Position numbers and translations under genes: made by a program. The notes under the pieces were generated by a model that was not told where the DNA came from, did not search any database, and saw nothing but the letters and a program-made list of their open reading frames with translations. A DNA stretch of 64,000 bases from a virus, in the IMG/VR virus record IMGVR_UViG_3300032323_003820, positions 1-64,000 of that record; one strand, written 5' to 3'. Positions 10,187 to 20,578 of the stretch are shown piece after piece (positions within the stretch are counted from its first letter, which is position 1; each line of letters begins with the position of its first letter).

Positions 10187-10788
10187 TGGACCAAGAACTA
10201 TTCAATTTAGTACAAAAAGAATTTGATAGACTTAAAAAAAATTATGGCATTGGTGATGCGGAACTCAAAGAAGACGACATTGAAAACATATTAGGGATTT
10301 CTGTCGATGAACTTGAAAAAGAATATGCATCCAACAGTCACAAACACACACTTGAAATAGAATCAATTCATCCTGATAGTGTTATCCCAAAGTATGCTTT
10401 TGAGTCCGATTCAGGATTTGACCTTTGTTCTGTCGAAGAAATTACTATACCCCCTATGGGAAGAGCTCTAGTTCCTACAGGATTAAAATTTGGAATTCCT
10501 GAATTAACTGAAATTCAAATAAGACCCAAAAGTGGTTTAGCAATTAATCAAGGTCTCACTGTTTTGAACACACCTGGAACCGTTGATTCAGGATATAATG
10601 GTGAAATCAAAGTTATTGTTTTCAATACTTCCTCAAACGCTTGTACCATAAAAAAAGGGATGAAAGTTGCCCAAGCAGTCTTATGTCCTGTTTTTTCAGG
10701 TAAGTTTGTAACATTAGAAAAAGTTAATAAAATTGGAGAAAAAGATAGAGGAGAAAATGGATTCGGGAGTACCGGTTTAAATTTATAA
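10186..10788 (+). CDS. dut: Trimeric dUTPase with acidic N-terminal extension
   Basis: SGFDL, RPKSGLA, GTVDSGYNGEI, RGENGFGSTG. Confidence 0.95.
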   Translation: MDQELFNLVQKEFDRLKKNYGIGDAELKEDDIENILGISVDELEKEYASNSHKHTLEIESIHPDSVIPKYAFESDSGFDLCSVEEITIPPMGRALVPTGLKFGIPELTEIQIRPKSGLAINQGLTVLNTPGTVDSGYNGEIKVIVFNTSSNACTIKKGMKVAQAVLCPVFSGKFVTLEKVNKIGEKDRGENGFGSTGLNL

Positions 10789-10792
10789 TTTT

Positions 10793-12430
10793 ATGTCGTT
10801 AACAATTGGATTTTCAACAAGGAAGGCAAACCCTGAATTTGTGGAGTATTTGAAAAAAAGTTCAGGATTTAAAAAAGTTCAAGTAATTGAAAAAATTAAC
10901 AATGGTGAAAAATCGCTCAGTCAAGTATATAACGAAATATTAACTGAGTCGGAAAATGACATAGTTGTTCTTTGTCATGATGATATCTATTTTGACACGC
11001 CATCTTGGTATTATAAAATTGTAAAACATTTTGAAAAAACTGATTTTGGTATTTTAGGTGTTGCAGGAACAACAGATTTATCAGAAACGGGACAATGGTG
11101 GGACCCAAAAAAAAGAAAAAATATGGTTGGAATAGTCAACCACGAAAACGGAGGAAAAAAATGGGAATCAAAGTACTCCGAGAATTCAAATAACTCGGTT
11201 ATCCCAACAATTATTGTCGATGGTTTATTCATAGCCATCAACAAGAAAAGATTAAACTCAGGATTTATAGAAGAATTCGAAGGATTCCATTTTTATGACT
11301 TATCATTTTGTTTAGAAAATTTTTTGAAAGGAACTAAAGTTGGTGTCATAACAAATATCAGAATTACACACAGGTCTATCGGGATGACCAATGAACAATG
11401 GGAACAAAACAAAATAAAGTTTGTTGAAAAATACAAAACTAACTTACCTGTAAAAGTACCATTCAATGTTGATAAAAAAATAAAAGTTTTAATCGGGTGT
11501 TTGTTCTTTCGAAATTTTACGGGTTCCGAACTTTATGTTTATGAGTTAGCAAAAAACCTAATTAAATTAAATTGCGACGTTACAATAATCTCGCAAATAG
11601 GGGGACCTCTGACAGATATGGCAAAAAGATTAGCAATAAAATGTGTATCTTTTGAACAGGCTCCAGGATTTAAACTAGGAGACGGTAAATGGGAATTCAA
11701 TGGTATTAATGGAATTGAAACATCAAAACCGAATGTGATGTATAAAGTATCAGATGTAAATTTCGATTTGATTCATATACAGCACAAACCAGTTGCAGAA
11801 AGATTATGTGAATTTTACCCTGACATTGATAAAATCTACACAATACATTCAGAAGTAATAGAACTCGAACACCCAATTAAACATCCGTCAATAAAAAAAT
11901 ATATTGCAATCAGACCCGAAATAAAAAACTACATAGTAAATGATTTCGAAATCCCTGAAGAAATGGTTGAAGTCATATATAATCCTGTTGATAACGAAAA
12001 ATTTAAACCTAAACAAGGTCAGACTAAACCTTCTTTACTTTTTGTTGGGACTATTGACTACTTGAGGAGAGAAACCATCATGGATTTATTAGAATATACC
12101 AAACAAAACAATAAGGAACTTTGGTTGATGGGAGAAGATAAGAGTAACTATCTTTCTATTCTGCAAGAACAACCGAATGTTAAATATTTTAAACCATCTT
12201 GGGGAGTTGAATCCTTGATTAATCAGTGTGAAGAAACTGCAGGTATTCAATTGGGAAGAACTACCATCGAAAGTTGGATGTGTGGTAAACCAAGTTGGAT
12301 ATATACCGTCAACTCAATCGGAAATATTGTTTCCAAAAATAAACATGAACCACCTAACGATTTAGAAAAATATTATTCGAAAAATGTTTCTTCTGAAATA
12401 AAAAAAGAATATCTTAAAATTCTATTATGA
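10793..12430 (+). CDS. Two-domain glycosyltransferase (GT-A/GT2-like N-half fused to GT-B/GT4-like C-half)
   Basis: N-half LCHDDI...VDGLFIA...FHFYD; C-half FTGSELYVYELA...VIYNPVD..F...GRTTIES. Confidence 0.8.
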   Translation: MSLTIGFSTRKANPEFVEYLKKSSGFKKVQVIEKINNGEKSLSQVYNEILTESENDIVVLCHDDIYFDTPSWYYKIVKHFEKTDFGILGVAGTTDLSETGQWWDPKKRKNMVGIVNHENGGKKWESKYSENSNNSVIPTIIVDGLFIAINKKRLNSGFIEEFEGFHFYDLSFCLENFLKGTKVGVITNIRITHRSIGMTNEQWEQNKIKFVEKYKTNLPVKVPFNVDKKIKVLIGCLFFRNFTGSELYVYELAKNLIKLNCDVTIISQIGGPLTDMAKRLAIKCVSFEQAPGFKLGDGKWEFNGINGIETSKPNVMYKVSDVNFDLIHIQHKPVAERLCEFYPDIDKIYTIHSEVIELEHPIKHPSIKKYIAIRPEIKNYIVNDFEIPEEMVEVIYNPVDNEKFKPKQGQTKPSLLFVGTIDYLRRETIMDLLEYTKQNNKELWLMGEDKSNYLSILQEQPNVKYFKPSWGVESLINQCEETAGIQLGRTTIESWMCGKPSWIYTVNSIGNIVSKNKHEPPNDLEKYYSKNVSSEIKKEYLKILL

Positions 12431-13140
12431 CAATATTAACTACTTCCTATAATTGTGCGGAATACATTGAAAAATGTTTAAATAGTATTCGAACCCAAAC
12501 CTATACCGATTTTAAATGCTACATCACCGATGACTTATCTACTGACAACACAAGAGAAGTTGTGAAAAAAGTAATCGATGGAGACGATAGATTTATCCTT
12601 ATAGAAAATGAAAAAAAAATGTATCAAGCAGGGAATTATGATAATGTAATAAGAAATTTGAATTTGGATGGTAATGAAATTTGTGTAGAAGTTGATGGTG
12701 ACGATTGGTTACCAAACTCAGGTGTCTTTCAAAAAATAAATGATGTCTATAGTAAAGGTGATGTATGGTTGACTAGTGGTTCATTCAAATATCATGATGG
12801 AAGAAAGGGATTTGCAAATCCACCAACCACTGATATTGACGTTAGAAAACAGGTTTTCACTTTATCACACCTAAGAACATGGAAAGCATGGTTATGGAAT
12901 AAAATAGACCCAAGAGATTTGAGAGACGAAAACAATCAATACTGGAATGTATCTGGTGATTTGGCGTTCATGTTTCCCATGTTTGAAATGTCCGGTATAG
13001 AACATTTTAAATTTTTGAATGATGTAAATTACGTATATAACGAGTCTAATCCCATAAACGAACACAAAGTGTATATGAATAGAGTAGTTAATACCACAAA
13101 TAAAATAAGAAATAAAAAACCATATAGTAAAATTATATGA
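12427..13140 (+). CDS. Glycosyltransferase family 2
   Basis: TTSYN...CLNSIRTQ...DDLSTDNT...VDGDDW. Confidence 0.9.
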   Translation: MTILTTSYNCAEYIEKCLNSIRTQTYTDFKCYITDDLSTDNTREVVKKVIDGDDRFILIENEKKMYQAGNYDNVIRNLNLDGNEICVEVDGDDWLPNSGVFQKINDVYSKGDVWLTSGSFKYHDGRKGFANPPTTDIDVRKQVFTLSHLRTWKAWLWNKIDPRDLRDENNQYWNVSGDLAFMFPMFEMSGIEHFKFLNDVNYVYNESNPINEHKVYMNRVVNTTNKIRNKKPYSKII

Positions 13141-13940
13141 TATACTGTGTTCTAAAAGGTGGACTGGCAAATATGATGTTTCAGATAGCCGCAACATACT
13201 CGTTTTCAATCGACTATAATACTGATTGTTCTTTTCCTAATTTGGACCACATGTTTAATTATCTTAATTCTGAAAAAACCTTCAACCCTAATTTATCACA
13301 TGCTGAGGAATATAATTTAATTTTCAAAAAACTGAAAAAAGTTTCACCCTTTCAAAATCTCAGGATGATTAATTTCCCTTTCGAATATACAAACCTTAAA
13401 TTACCGTATAATGAGGATGTAATAATCAACGGGTTCTTTCAAAGTGAAAAATATTTCAAACACAATAGAGAAAAGATATTGGAATTATTTGAACCTGATA
13501 ATTTAATAAAAGAAATTATAGAACAGAAATATGAAACCCTTTTAACGAAGAAAACAACTGCAATCCATGTCAGGAGAGGAGATTATCTAAAATTCCCCCA
13601 CCTCCATCCGTTTCAGGGTTATGATTATTACTCAAACGCAATCAATGAGTTAAAATCAGATACCGAAACTTTCTTAATTTTTAGTGATGATATTGAGTGG
13701 TGTAAAAATAATTTCAAGGGTGACGAGTACTATTTTGTGGAAAATGAAAAAGATTATGTTGAATTATATTTGATGTCTATGTGTAAAAATAATATAATTA
13801 GTAATTCATCTTTTTCATGGTGGGGAGCGTGGATGAATAAAAATTATAACAAAAAAGTAATCGGGCCAAAAAATTGGTTCGGTTCATCAATGACACTCAA
13901 GGCGGATGATATCATACCTTTAGAGTGGATAAAACTTTAG
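13137..13940 (+). CDS. GT11 alpha-1,2-fucosyltransferase-like
   Basis: GGLANMMFQ, GFFQSEKYF, IHVRRGDY, FSDDIEWC, SNSSFSWWGAW. Confidence 0.9.
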   Translation: MIYCVLKGGLANMMFQIAATYSFSIDYNTDCSFPNLDHMFNYLNSEKTFNPNLSHAEEYNLIFKKLKKVSPFQNLRMINFPFEYTNLKLPYNEDVIINGFFQSEKYFKHNREKILELFEPDNLIKEIIEQKYETLLTKKTTAIHVRRGDYLKFPHLHPFQGYDYYSNAINELKSDTETFLIFSDDIEWCKNNFKGDEYYFVENEKDYVELYLMSMCKNNIISNSSFSWWGAWMNKNYNKKVIGPKNWFGSSMTLKADDIIPLEWIKL

Positions 13941-13946
13941 TAGAAA

Positions 13947-14801
13947 ATGAAAACATTTTATAGTATTTCGCCCACACACGGTTGGGGATATGGATACGGT
14001 TTTTTTTCAAATTATAGAATTTGTTTAGAGCAACTGATTCATTACGAAAATACAAATGTTTCTGCAACACCATACATAGATTGGACTAGAACAACATGGG
14101 CCGAGGGATTTAATCCTTTCAAATCAACTGATTTCAATTTTACCTACAATCCATTTGATTTGTGGTTTGACCAAGAAATACCCTCTGAATTCGACACAAT
14201 TAAAAAATTTAGTTTGAGTCTAAGAGAGCCCTTAATTAATCACAGTAAAGATTATTTTCATGAAAAAGAAAGTCTTGGAATGCAAAAAACTGTTGATAAG
14301 AAGTATATGAAAGTAAAAAAGAACATTTTGGATAAAGTTGAGGAAATTTATAAAAATGAATTGGAAGGTCACGTTGTTTTGGGAGTCATGGCAAGGGGAA
14401 CTGAGTATAAATTTTACCACCCAAAGTATGGTGTCTTTGGTATAGAAGATTATATTAAAGAAATAAAAAAAATATTAGATGAAAATACTGATATTACAAA
14501 AATTTTTATAACTAGTGAAGAGTCTCGCTATATAGATGAGTTTAAAAAACATTTTCCTTCATCATATTCCGTTCCTGATGTTTTTAGGAGGACAGACGAA
14601 ACAGACGAATACATGAAAAGAACACACTGTTGGATGAACGTAAGTGAAAAAAGGGAAAACCATTGTAAATTGTTAGGAGAAGAAACAATAATTCAAACAA
14701 AATTACTTTCTAAGTGTGACTATCTATTCGGAATACATACCGGTATTTTTTGTGGGGCCATACTTTGGAATGAAAACATAAAAAAAATATTCAAAATATG
14801 A
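13947..14801 (+). CDS. O-fucosyltransferase/NodZ(GT23)-like GDP-sugar transferase, copy 1
   Basis: GFFSN, LGV..RGTE, KIFITSE, LLSKCDYL; paralog of 16143..17033. Confidence 0.65.
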   Translation: MKTFYSISPTHGWGYGYGFFSNYRICLEQLIHYENTNVSATPYIDWTRTTWAEGFNPFKSTDFNFTYNPFDLWFDQEIPSEFDTIKKFSLSLREPLINHSKDYFHEKESLGMQKTVDKKYMKVKKNILDKVEEIYKNELEGHVVLGVMARGTEYKFYHPKYGVFGIEDYIKEIKKILDENTDITKIFITSEESRYIDEFKKHFPSSYSVPDVFRRTDETDEYMKRTHCWMNVSEKRENHCKLLGEETIIQTKLLSKCDYLFGIHTGIFCGAILWNENIKKIFKI

Positions 14802-14829
14802 AAAAGTAATTTGATAAAAAATTAAACTT

Positions 14830-15240
14830 ATGGAAAAAATATACTCAAAAAAAGAACCTGGCAAATTATTACATATAATTTACAGGAAAGAGGATATAAC
14901 TGATGATAGAATAGATATTGTTCCTGAAGAGAACTTTATCCAATGCTCCAGTTTGAATCTTAAAGAAGGAAAAACTTTCAAACCTCATAGACACGTATGG
15001 AAAGAGAGAACTAGAAATGTTATTGCTCAGGAGTCATGGGTTGTAATACAAGGAAAGGTTAAATGTATTTTTTATGATTTGGATGATGAAATTTTATCTG
15101 AACCAATTTTAAATGTCGGAGACGCAAGCTTTACATTAGAGGGTGGGCACAACTACCTTATTTTGGAAGATAATACTTTAGTTTATGAATATAAGACAGG
15201 CCCTTATGAAGGTCAAAAATCAGACAAAGAGTTTTTATAA
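14830..15240 (+). CDS. WbuC-like cupin
   Basis: PHRH..QESWVVIQG..GGHNY..EYKTGPY cupin motifs, in a glycan cluster. Confidence 0.7.
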   Translation: MEKIYSKKEPGKLLHIIYRKEDITDDRIDIVPEENFIQCSSLNLKEGKTFKPHRHVWKERTRNVIAQESWVVIQGKVKCIFYDLDDEILSEPILNVGDASFTLEGGHNYLILEDNTLVYEYKTGPYEGQKSDKEFL

Positions 15241-15252
15241 AAAAAGTAAAAT

Positions 15253-16098
15253 ATGATGGATAACAAAAAACCGTTTGCTAAAAATTTAATTAACTATAGA
15301 AAAAGAATTCATAGTCAAACAATTGAGGATGGCATAATAGAGGGCATATTTGATAATATAGGAACGACAAATAAATATTTTATTGAATTCGGTGCGTGGG
15401 ATGGAGTCAAACTCTCAAATACCGCTAATTTAAGAATTAATGAGGGTTGGGATGGTCTTCTACTAGAAGGAAACAAACAAAAAGCAGATAAATTAGACTA
15501 TATTAAACATGCTTTTTTGACAGCTGAAAACATAAACCAACATTTTGAAAATAATGATGTACCAAAAACTTATGATTTATTATCTATAGATTTAGATGGT
15601 AACGATTACTGGATTTGGAAAGCTATTGATGAAAACAAATTCAAAGCTAGAGTTGTAATTGTTGAATTTAACTGTAATATACCAGACCAAACAGAATCAA
15701 TTGCAATAAAATACTCACCTGAATTAGATACAACTGTACCGTCCATAAATTATTATGGAGCTTCAATATCTGCCTTTAAAAAACTTGGTGAACTTAAAGG
15801 ATACTCTTTGATTTTTAGAGTTAACAATCATAATTTATTTTTCGTAGATACAAATCTATTACATGAAGAAGATATTGATATACCTCTCGAAATGTTTTTA
15901 AATAAAGAAATAAGTTACAAACAAGACCGCCAAGCTAAAAATGCAAATGAATTGAAAAATGTTTTCAATTATGATAAAAAATTATTACATGATGTTTTTA
16001 ATGGTGAAGACATGATTCCACATTGGAATGAATATGCAGATACTAGCATAACCATATGGTGGCCACAAAGATTCGATAAAGAATGGATAAAAGTATAA
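15253..16098 (+). CDS. FkbM-like SAM methyltransferase
   Basis: SQ..EDGII, FIEFGAWDG..SNT, LLSIDLDGNDYWIW. Confidence 0.75.
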   Translation: MMDNKKPFAKNLINYRKRIHSQTIEDGIIEGIFDNIGTTNKYFIEFGAWDGVKLSNTANLRINEGWDGLLLEGNKQKADKLDYIKHAFLTAENINQHFENNDVPKTYDLLSIDLDGNDYWIWKAIDENKFKARVVIVEFNCNIPDQTESIAIKYSPELDTTVPSINYYGASISAFKKLGELKGYSLIFRVNNHNLFFVDTNLLHEEDIDIPLEMFLNKEISYKQDRQAKNANELKNVFNYDKKLLHDVFNGEDMIPHWNEYADTSITIWWPQRFDKEWIKV

Positions 16099-16142
16099 TC
16101 AAATAATAACTTTTAAAAGAAAATAAAAAAAATATTTTAAAT

Positions 16143-17033
16143 ATGAAAAAATATTACACCATATCTCCTATTTGCAAACCAGATGGAATCGGAAGTGGTT
16201 TTTTTTCAAACTATAGAATATGTTTAGACAAACTAATTGATTTTCATCGAGCGAACCGAACTGAAAATGTTTATATAAATTGGGCGAATACTACTTTTGT
16301 TGATGGGTTCAATCCTACTATTCATTACGGTGAAATTATTGGTGGTGAAATGACTATCGATGATTCAAACAACCCATTCAATCATTGGTTTGAGCAAGAA
16401 AACCCATACGAACTTAATGTACCTGTTGATAATATCACAATATCTAATATGGAAAGGTCTCACAACATAAATGATTGTGTAGATTATTTTAATGACCCTT
16501 CATTGGAATTACAACAATTTGTTGATAGGAAATACATAAAAGTAAAAGACGAAATACAACAAAAAGTCGATTCAATATATCAAGAACATTTTAATGGTCA
16601 TACCGTTCTTGGTGTTATGTTAAGGGGTTCTGAATTTAATTATTGGCATGCAAATATATATGGACACCAAACTATTGATTCATACATTTCAGCAATAAAA
16701 AAAATACTTTTGGGAAATCCACAAATTACTAAACTATTCATAGTTAGTGATGAAACAGAATATGTAAATAAAACATCTGATGCATTCCCTTCATCATATT
16801 ATATTCCAAATATTTTCAGAAGAACAGATGAAACCGATGAGTATATAATAAGAGTTCACTGTTGGATGAACGTAAGTGAAAAAAGAGAAAACCATTGTAA
16901 ATCGTTAGGAGAAGAAACAATAATACAAACCAAATTATTATCGAAATGTGACTACCTATTTGGGAGACACTGTGGTATTATTGCGGGTGCTGTCCTTTGG
17001 AATGAAAACATAAAGAAACTATTCAGATTATGA
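16143..17033 (+). CDS. O-fucosyltransferase/NodZ(GT23)-like GDP-sugar transferase, copy 2
   Basis: C-terminal ~75 aa nearly identical to 13947..14801 (RRTDETDEY..HCWMNVSEKRENHCK.LGEETIIQTKLLSKCDYLFG). Confidence 0.65.
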   Translation: MKKYYTISPICKPDGIGSGFFSNYRICLDKLIDFHRANRTENVYINWANTTFVDGFNPTIHYGEIIGGEMTIDDSNNPFNHWFEQENPYELNVPVDNITISNMERSHNINDCVDYFNDPSLELQQFVDRKYIKVKDEIQQKVDSIYQEHFNGHTVLGVMLRGSEFNYWHANIYGHQTIDSYISAIKKILLGNPQITKLFIVSDETEYVNKTSDAFPSSYYIPNIFRRTDETDEYIIRVHCWMNVSEKRENHCKSLGEETIIQTKLLSKCDYLFGRHCGIIAGAVLWNENIKKLFRL

Positions 17034-17125
17034 AAAAGTATTACAGTATGTCTCTTACTTTCTATTGGAGGCACAATTGTTCAAAAAAAATAAAAACAGA
17101 CAAAAAAATTATTCAAAATGACTAA
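17030..17125 (+). pseudogene. Remnant 5' end of a further NodZ/O-FucT-like copy (MKKYYSMS...)
   Basis: Overlaps the stop of 16143..17033 (ATGA) and resembles that gene's own N-terminus MKKYYTIS. Confidence 0.45.
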
Positions 17126-17738
17126 TTTGATTCTAAACTCGGAAATGGTCTCGAAATGGTTTGCAGACAACGGTGATTACACACACAACATCAACTACGA
17201 TTTGAATGAAAATTCAACGATTATGGATTTGGGTGGATACACAGGAGTTTGGGCTCAACAAATGATTGACAAGTATAATCCGAACGTATACATATTAGAA
17301 CCAGTTCCCGTATTTCATGAAGGAATGGTCAGTAAATTTTCGAACAACAATAAGGTACGTTTAATGAATGTTGGTATTAGTACTGAAGATAAAGATGGAT
17401 TTATTTTTATGAGTGGTGATGGTACATCCTCTAATTTGAAAAATGGTCAGTCAATCAGTGTTAAGTTTAACTCTATTGAAACTGTTTTGGAAAAGTGGGG
17501 ATTAAACAAAATTGATTTAATACAAATTAATATTGAGGGTGATGAGTATCCAGTTTTAGAACATATGTTAAAGACAGGTTCAATAACTAGATTTAAAAAT
17601 GTCCAAATACAATTCCATTTAGGTATTGAAAATGATGTCGAAAGAAGAAATAAAATTCGCGAAGGGTTAATTAAAATTGGTTTTAAAAATAATTTTGATT
17701 ACCCATTTGTATGGGAATCTTGGACGAAAGAGATTTGA
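17118..17738 (+). CDS. FkbM-family methyltransferase
   Basis: MDLGGYTG, LEP, IDLIQINIEGDEY, QIQFH. Confidence 0.85.
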   Translation: MTNLILNSEMVSKWFADNGDYTHNINYDLNENSTIMDLGGYTGVWAQQMIDKYNPNVYILEPVPVFHEGMVSKFSNNNKVRLMNVGISTEDKDGFIFMSGDGTSSNLKNGQSISVKFNSIETVLEKWGLNKIDLIQINIEGDEYPVLEHMLKTGSITRFKNVQIQFHLGIENDVERRNKIREGLIKIGFKNNFDYPFVWESWTKEI

Positions 17739-17785
17739 TTATGACACAACGAAATATAATCTAAAATTATTGAAAATATAAAAAA

Positions 17786-18373
17786 ATGAAAAGAACACAA
17801 ATTATACAACATTTAATTAATAAATGTTCGGCAAAAAAATATCTCGAAATTGGTATGGGTGATGGGTTGAATTTTTATAATATATCATGCAATTACAAAG
17901 TTTCTGTAGACCCATCTGCAACAGTACCTGTAACATATAAACTAACCTCAGATGATTTTTTTTCACAGAACAATGAAATCTTTGATGTTATTTTTATCGA
18001 TGGATTACATATGGATGCTCAAGTCTACAGAGATATTATAAATTCTTTATCATGTTTATCTGAAGGTGGGTACATCGTTTGCCATGATTTGAGTCCGATG
18101 GAAGAAATAATACAAAGATATCCACAATCAAGTTTGAGTACAGATTGGACAGGTGATTGTTGGAAGGCTTGGGTAAAATTGAAAACAGAAAGAAGTGATT
18201 TGGACATGGTCGTAGTTGACACCGATTATGGTTGCGGAATAATTTCAAGAGGACACCAAGAATTGACAACCATAAATCAAGATTATACATGGGAATTACT
18301 AGACAAGAATAGAAAAAATCTATTAAATTTGATTTCAGTAGAAGAATTTTTATTAAAATATGAGTATAGGTAA
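17786..18373 (+). CDS. Class I SAM methyltransferase (Methyltransf_24-like)
   Basis: YLEIG, FDVIFIDGLH, GGYIVCHD. Confidence 0.85.
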   Translation: MKRTQIIQHLINKCSAKKYLEIGMGDGLNFYNISCNYKVSVDPSATVPVTYKLTSDDFFSQNNEIFDVIFIDGLHMDAQVYRDIINSLSCLSEGGYIVCHDLSPMEEIIQRYPQSSLSTDWTGDCWKAWVKLKTERSDLDMVVVDTDYGCGIISRGHQELTTINQDYTWELLDKNRKNLLNLISVEEFLLKYEYR

Positions 18374-18884
18374 TGATGTTTTTATTGACAATGATATTGT
18401 TATAAAACAAAAAGATTATAATATTGGTGACCATGTTGCAATCGACAAAGGTTTTTATTGTACAGTAAATTTGAATATTGGAAGTTATACACATATATCG
18501 CCATATGTTACAATAATAGGTGGTAAGTCATCTTATTTTACTTGTAGAGGATTTAACAATATAATGGCCGGAGCTAGAATAATTTGCGGCTCAGATAGAT
18601 TTGATGACAGTGGTTTATTTGGGGCAATGATACCCAAAGAACTTAAAGGTAAGCAAATAATTGAACCTGTGATTATGGAAGAGTTCTCGAATATAGGGAC
18701 AAATGCAATTGTTCTTCCTGGTTCAATTTTGAGAAAAGGTGTATTATTAACTGCAGGAAGTCTATTAATGGGTGACACAGAAGAGTGGGGTGTATACAAA
18801 GGGAATCCAGCGGTTCTAGTTAAAAAAATCAATTCGGAGAAAATAATTCAAAATGCAAAAAAATTAGGATATGTCGAGAGTTAA
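18360..18884 (+). CDS. Hexapeptide-repeat (left-handed beta-helix) acyltransferase
   Basis: IGNDV/IGDHV/IGSYT/IGTNA repeats; C-terminal GVYKGNPA. Confidence 0.85.
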   Translation: MSIGNDVFIDNDIVIKQKDYNIGDHVAIDKGFYCTVNLNIGSYTHISPYVTIIGGKSSYFTCRGFNNIMAGARIICGSDRFDDSGLFGAMIPKELKGKQIIEPVIMEEFSNIGTNAIVLPGSILRKGVLLTAGSLLMGDTEEWGVYKGNPAVLVKKINSEKIIQNAKKLGYVES

Positions 18885-19677
18885 AATTAATATGATTGGC
18901 AACACGTTACAGCATACTGTATCATCAAATGATATAGAACCTAAATTTGTTCAATGGGTTAAAGATGGTTCGGCACCAATTTCAATACATATAGATGACG
19001 GATTACACATGCATACAAATCCAAATACCAAGAATTATGGGTGGTTATGTGAATCCAAAACAATTATACCTTTATATTATAGATGGTGTAAAAAAAATAT
19101 TCATTTTTTAAAAAAGAAATTTATAAAAGTATTCACACATGATGTTGAATTAGCATCATTAGATGATATTTTCCAACTCACTCAATGCAGTGCAAAATCA
19201 TTTTTAGAACACGGAGAAATTTATAAAAAAACTAAGTTGGTTTCTATTATTGCATCAAATAAAATAAGGTGTAATGAGCACATTTATAGACAACAAGTTA
19301 TAGAAAAATATTCTAGTAAATGTGACCACTTTGGCCGAGGTTTCAATGAAATTTTAGACAAAAAACAAGGGTTGTCTGACTATTGTTTTTCAATCGTAGT
19401 TGAAAATGCAACTTATCCCAATATGTTTACTGAAAAAATAACTGATTGTTTTGTGACAGGTACTATACCAATATATTACGGAATGAATAATATTGGTGAT
19501 TTTTTTGATAAAAATGGCATTATTGTATTGACTGATGATTTTAAAATTGAAGAGTTGAGTTTTGATTTATACTACTCTAAAATGGATTCTATAAAAAATA
19601 ACTTTGAAATTTCTATGAATTTATTGTCATCTGAAGATTATATCTATAAAAATTTTATTGAAAATGCAACAGAATAA
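18871..19677 (+). CDS. GT10 alpha-1,3-fucosyltransferase-like, copy 1
   Basis: YCFSIVVEN..YPNMFTEKITDCF..GTIPIYYG. Confidence 0.8.
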   Translation: MSRVKINMIGNTLQHTVSSNDIEPKFVQWVKDGSAPISIHIDDGLHMHTNPNTKNYGWLCESKTIIPLYYRWCKKNIHFLKKKFIKVFTHDVELASLDDIFQLTQCSAKSFLEHGEIYKKTKLVSIIASNKIRCNEHIYRQQVIEKYSSKCDHFGRGFNEILDKKQGLSDYCFSIVVENATYPNMFTEKITDCFVTGTIPIYYGMNNIGDFFDKNGIIVLTDDFKIEELSFDLYYSKMDSIKNNFEISMNLLSSEDYIYKNFIENATE

Positions 19678-19741
19678 TTCACATCATAATCCTTGTTCCA
19701 TAGGAACATTACCAAAAAAATTAGGTTACAATGAAAAATAA
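19664..19741 (+). pseudogene. Decayed 5' fragment of the aminotransferase gene (MQQNNSHHNPCSIGTLPKKLGYNEK*)
   Basis: Matches MEQNKKTHYNPWPIGKVPKN...LGYN of 20565..21302 and sits in the same overlap position after the GT10 copy. Confidence 0.7.
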
Positions 19742-19771
19742 ATTTAGAATTTTAATAAATAAATTTTATCA

Positions 19772-20578
19772 GTGAAAAAAAAAATTGGACTTATCGGCGG
19801 TGGTTTTCAACATGCAATATCAACCAATGGATTAGAAAATAACCACGTCGAATGGATAAAAAACTCATACGATTGTGAAGTAACGATTCATGTTGACAAT
19901 GGTTTGTTTACTACTCCAAGTTCTAAAACAAAAAGTTACGGATGGTTGTGCGAATCTAGAACAGTTTTCCCTCAATATCATAATTTTGCCGCCAGAAATA
20001 TACATTATTTAAAAAAAAATTTTATTAAAGTTTTCACTCATGATGTAGAATTATCAAAACTATCAGACATATTTCAACTTACTCAATCTAGTGCAAAATC
20101 TTTCATCCCACATGGACAGATTTATCCAAAAAAGAAGTTAGTTTCCATGATAGCATCAAATAAAATAATGTGTAATGAACATAAATTCAGACAACAAATC
20201 ATAAAAAAATTTCAAGATAAATGTGACCATTTTGGTCGTGGATTTAAAGAACTGGAAGATAAAAAAGACGGATTGTCAGATTATTGTTTTTCAATAGCAA
20301 TGGAAAATTTAACTTATCCGAATATGTTCACTGAAAAAATAACTGATTGCTTTGTGACAGGTACTATACCAATATATTACGGAATGAATAATATTGGTGA
20401 TTTTTTTGATAAAGATGGTATTATTGAACTAACTGATGATTTTAAAATAGAGGATTTGAGTTTTGATTTATATTATTCTAAAATGAATTCCATAAAAAAT
20501 AACTTTGAAATTTCTATGAATTTATTATCATCCGAAGACTACATTTATAAAAATTTTATCGAAAATGGAACAGAATAA
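19772..20578 (+). CDS. GT10 alpha-1,3-fucosyltransferase-like, copy 2
   Basis: Same length (268 aa) and near-identical C-half to 18871..19677; GTG start. Confidence 0.8.
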   Translation: MKKKIGLIGGGFQHAISTNGLENNHVEWIKNSYDCEVTIHVDNGLFTTPSSKTKSYGWLCESRTVFPQYHNFAARNIHYLKKNFIKVFTHDVELSKLSDIFQLTQSSAKSFIPHGQIYPKKKLVSMIASNKIMCNEHKFRQQIIKKFQDKCDHFGRGFKELEDKKDGLSDYCFSIAMENLTYPNMFTEKITDCFVTGTIPIYYGMNNIGDFFDKDGIIELTDDFKIEDLSFDLYYSKMNSIKNNFEISMNLLSSEDYIYKNFIENGTE

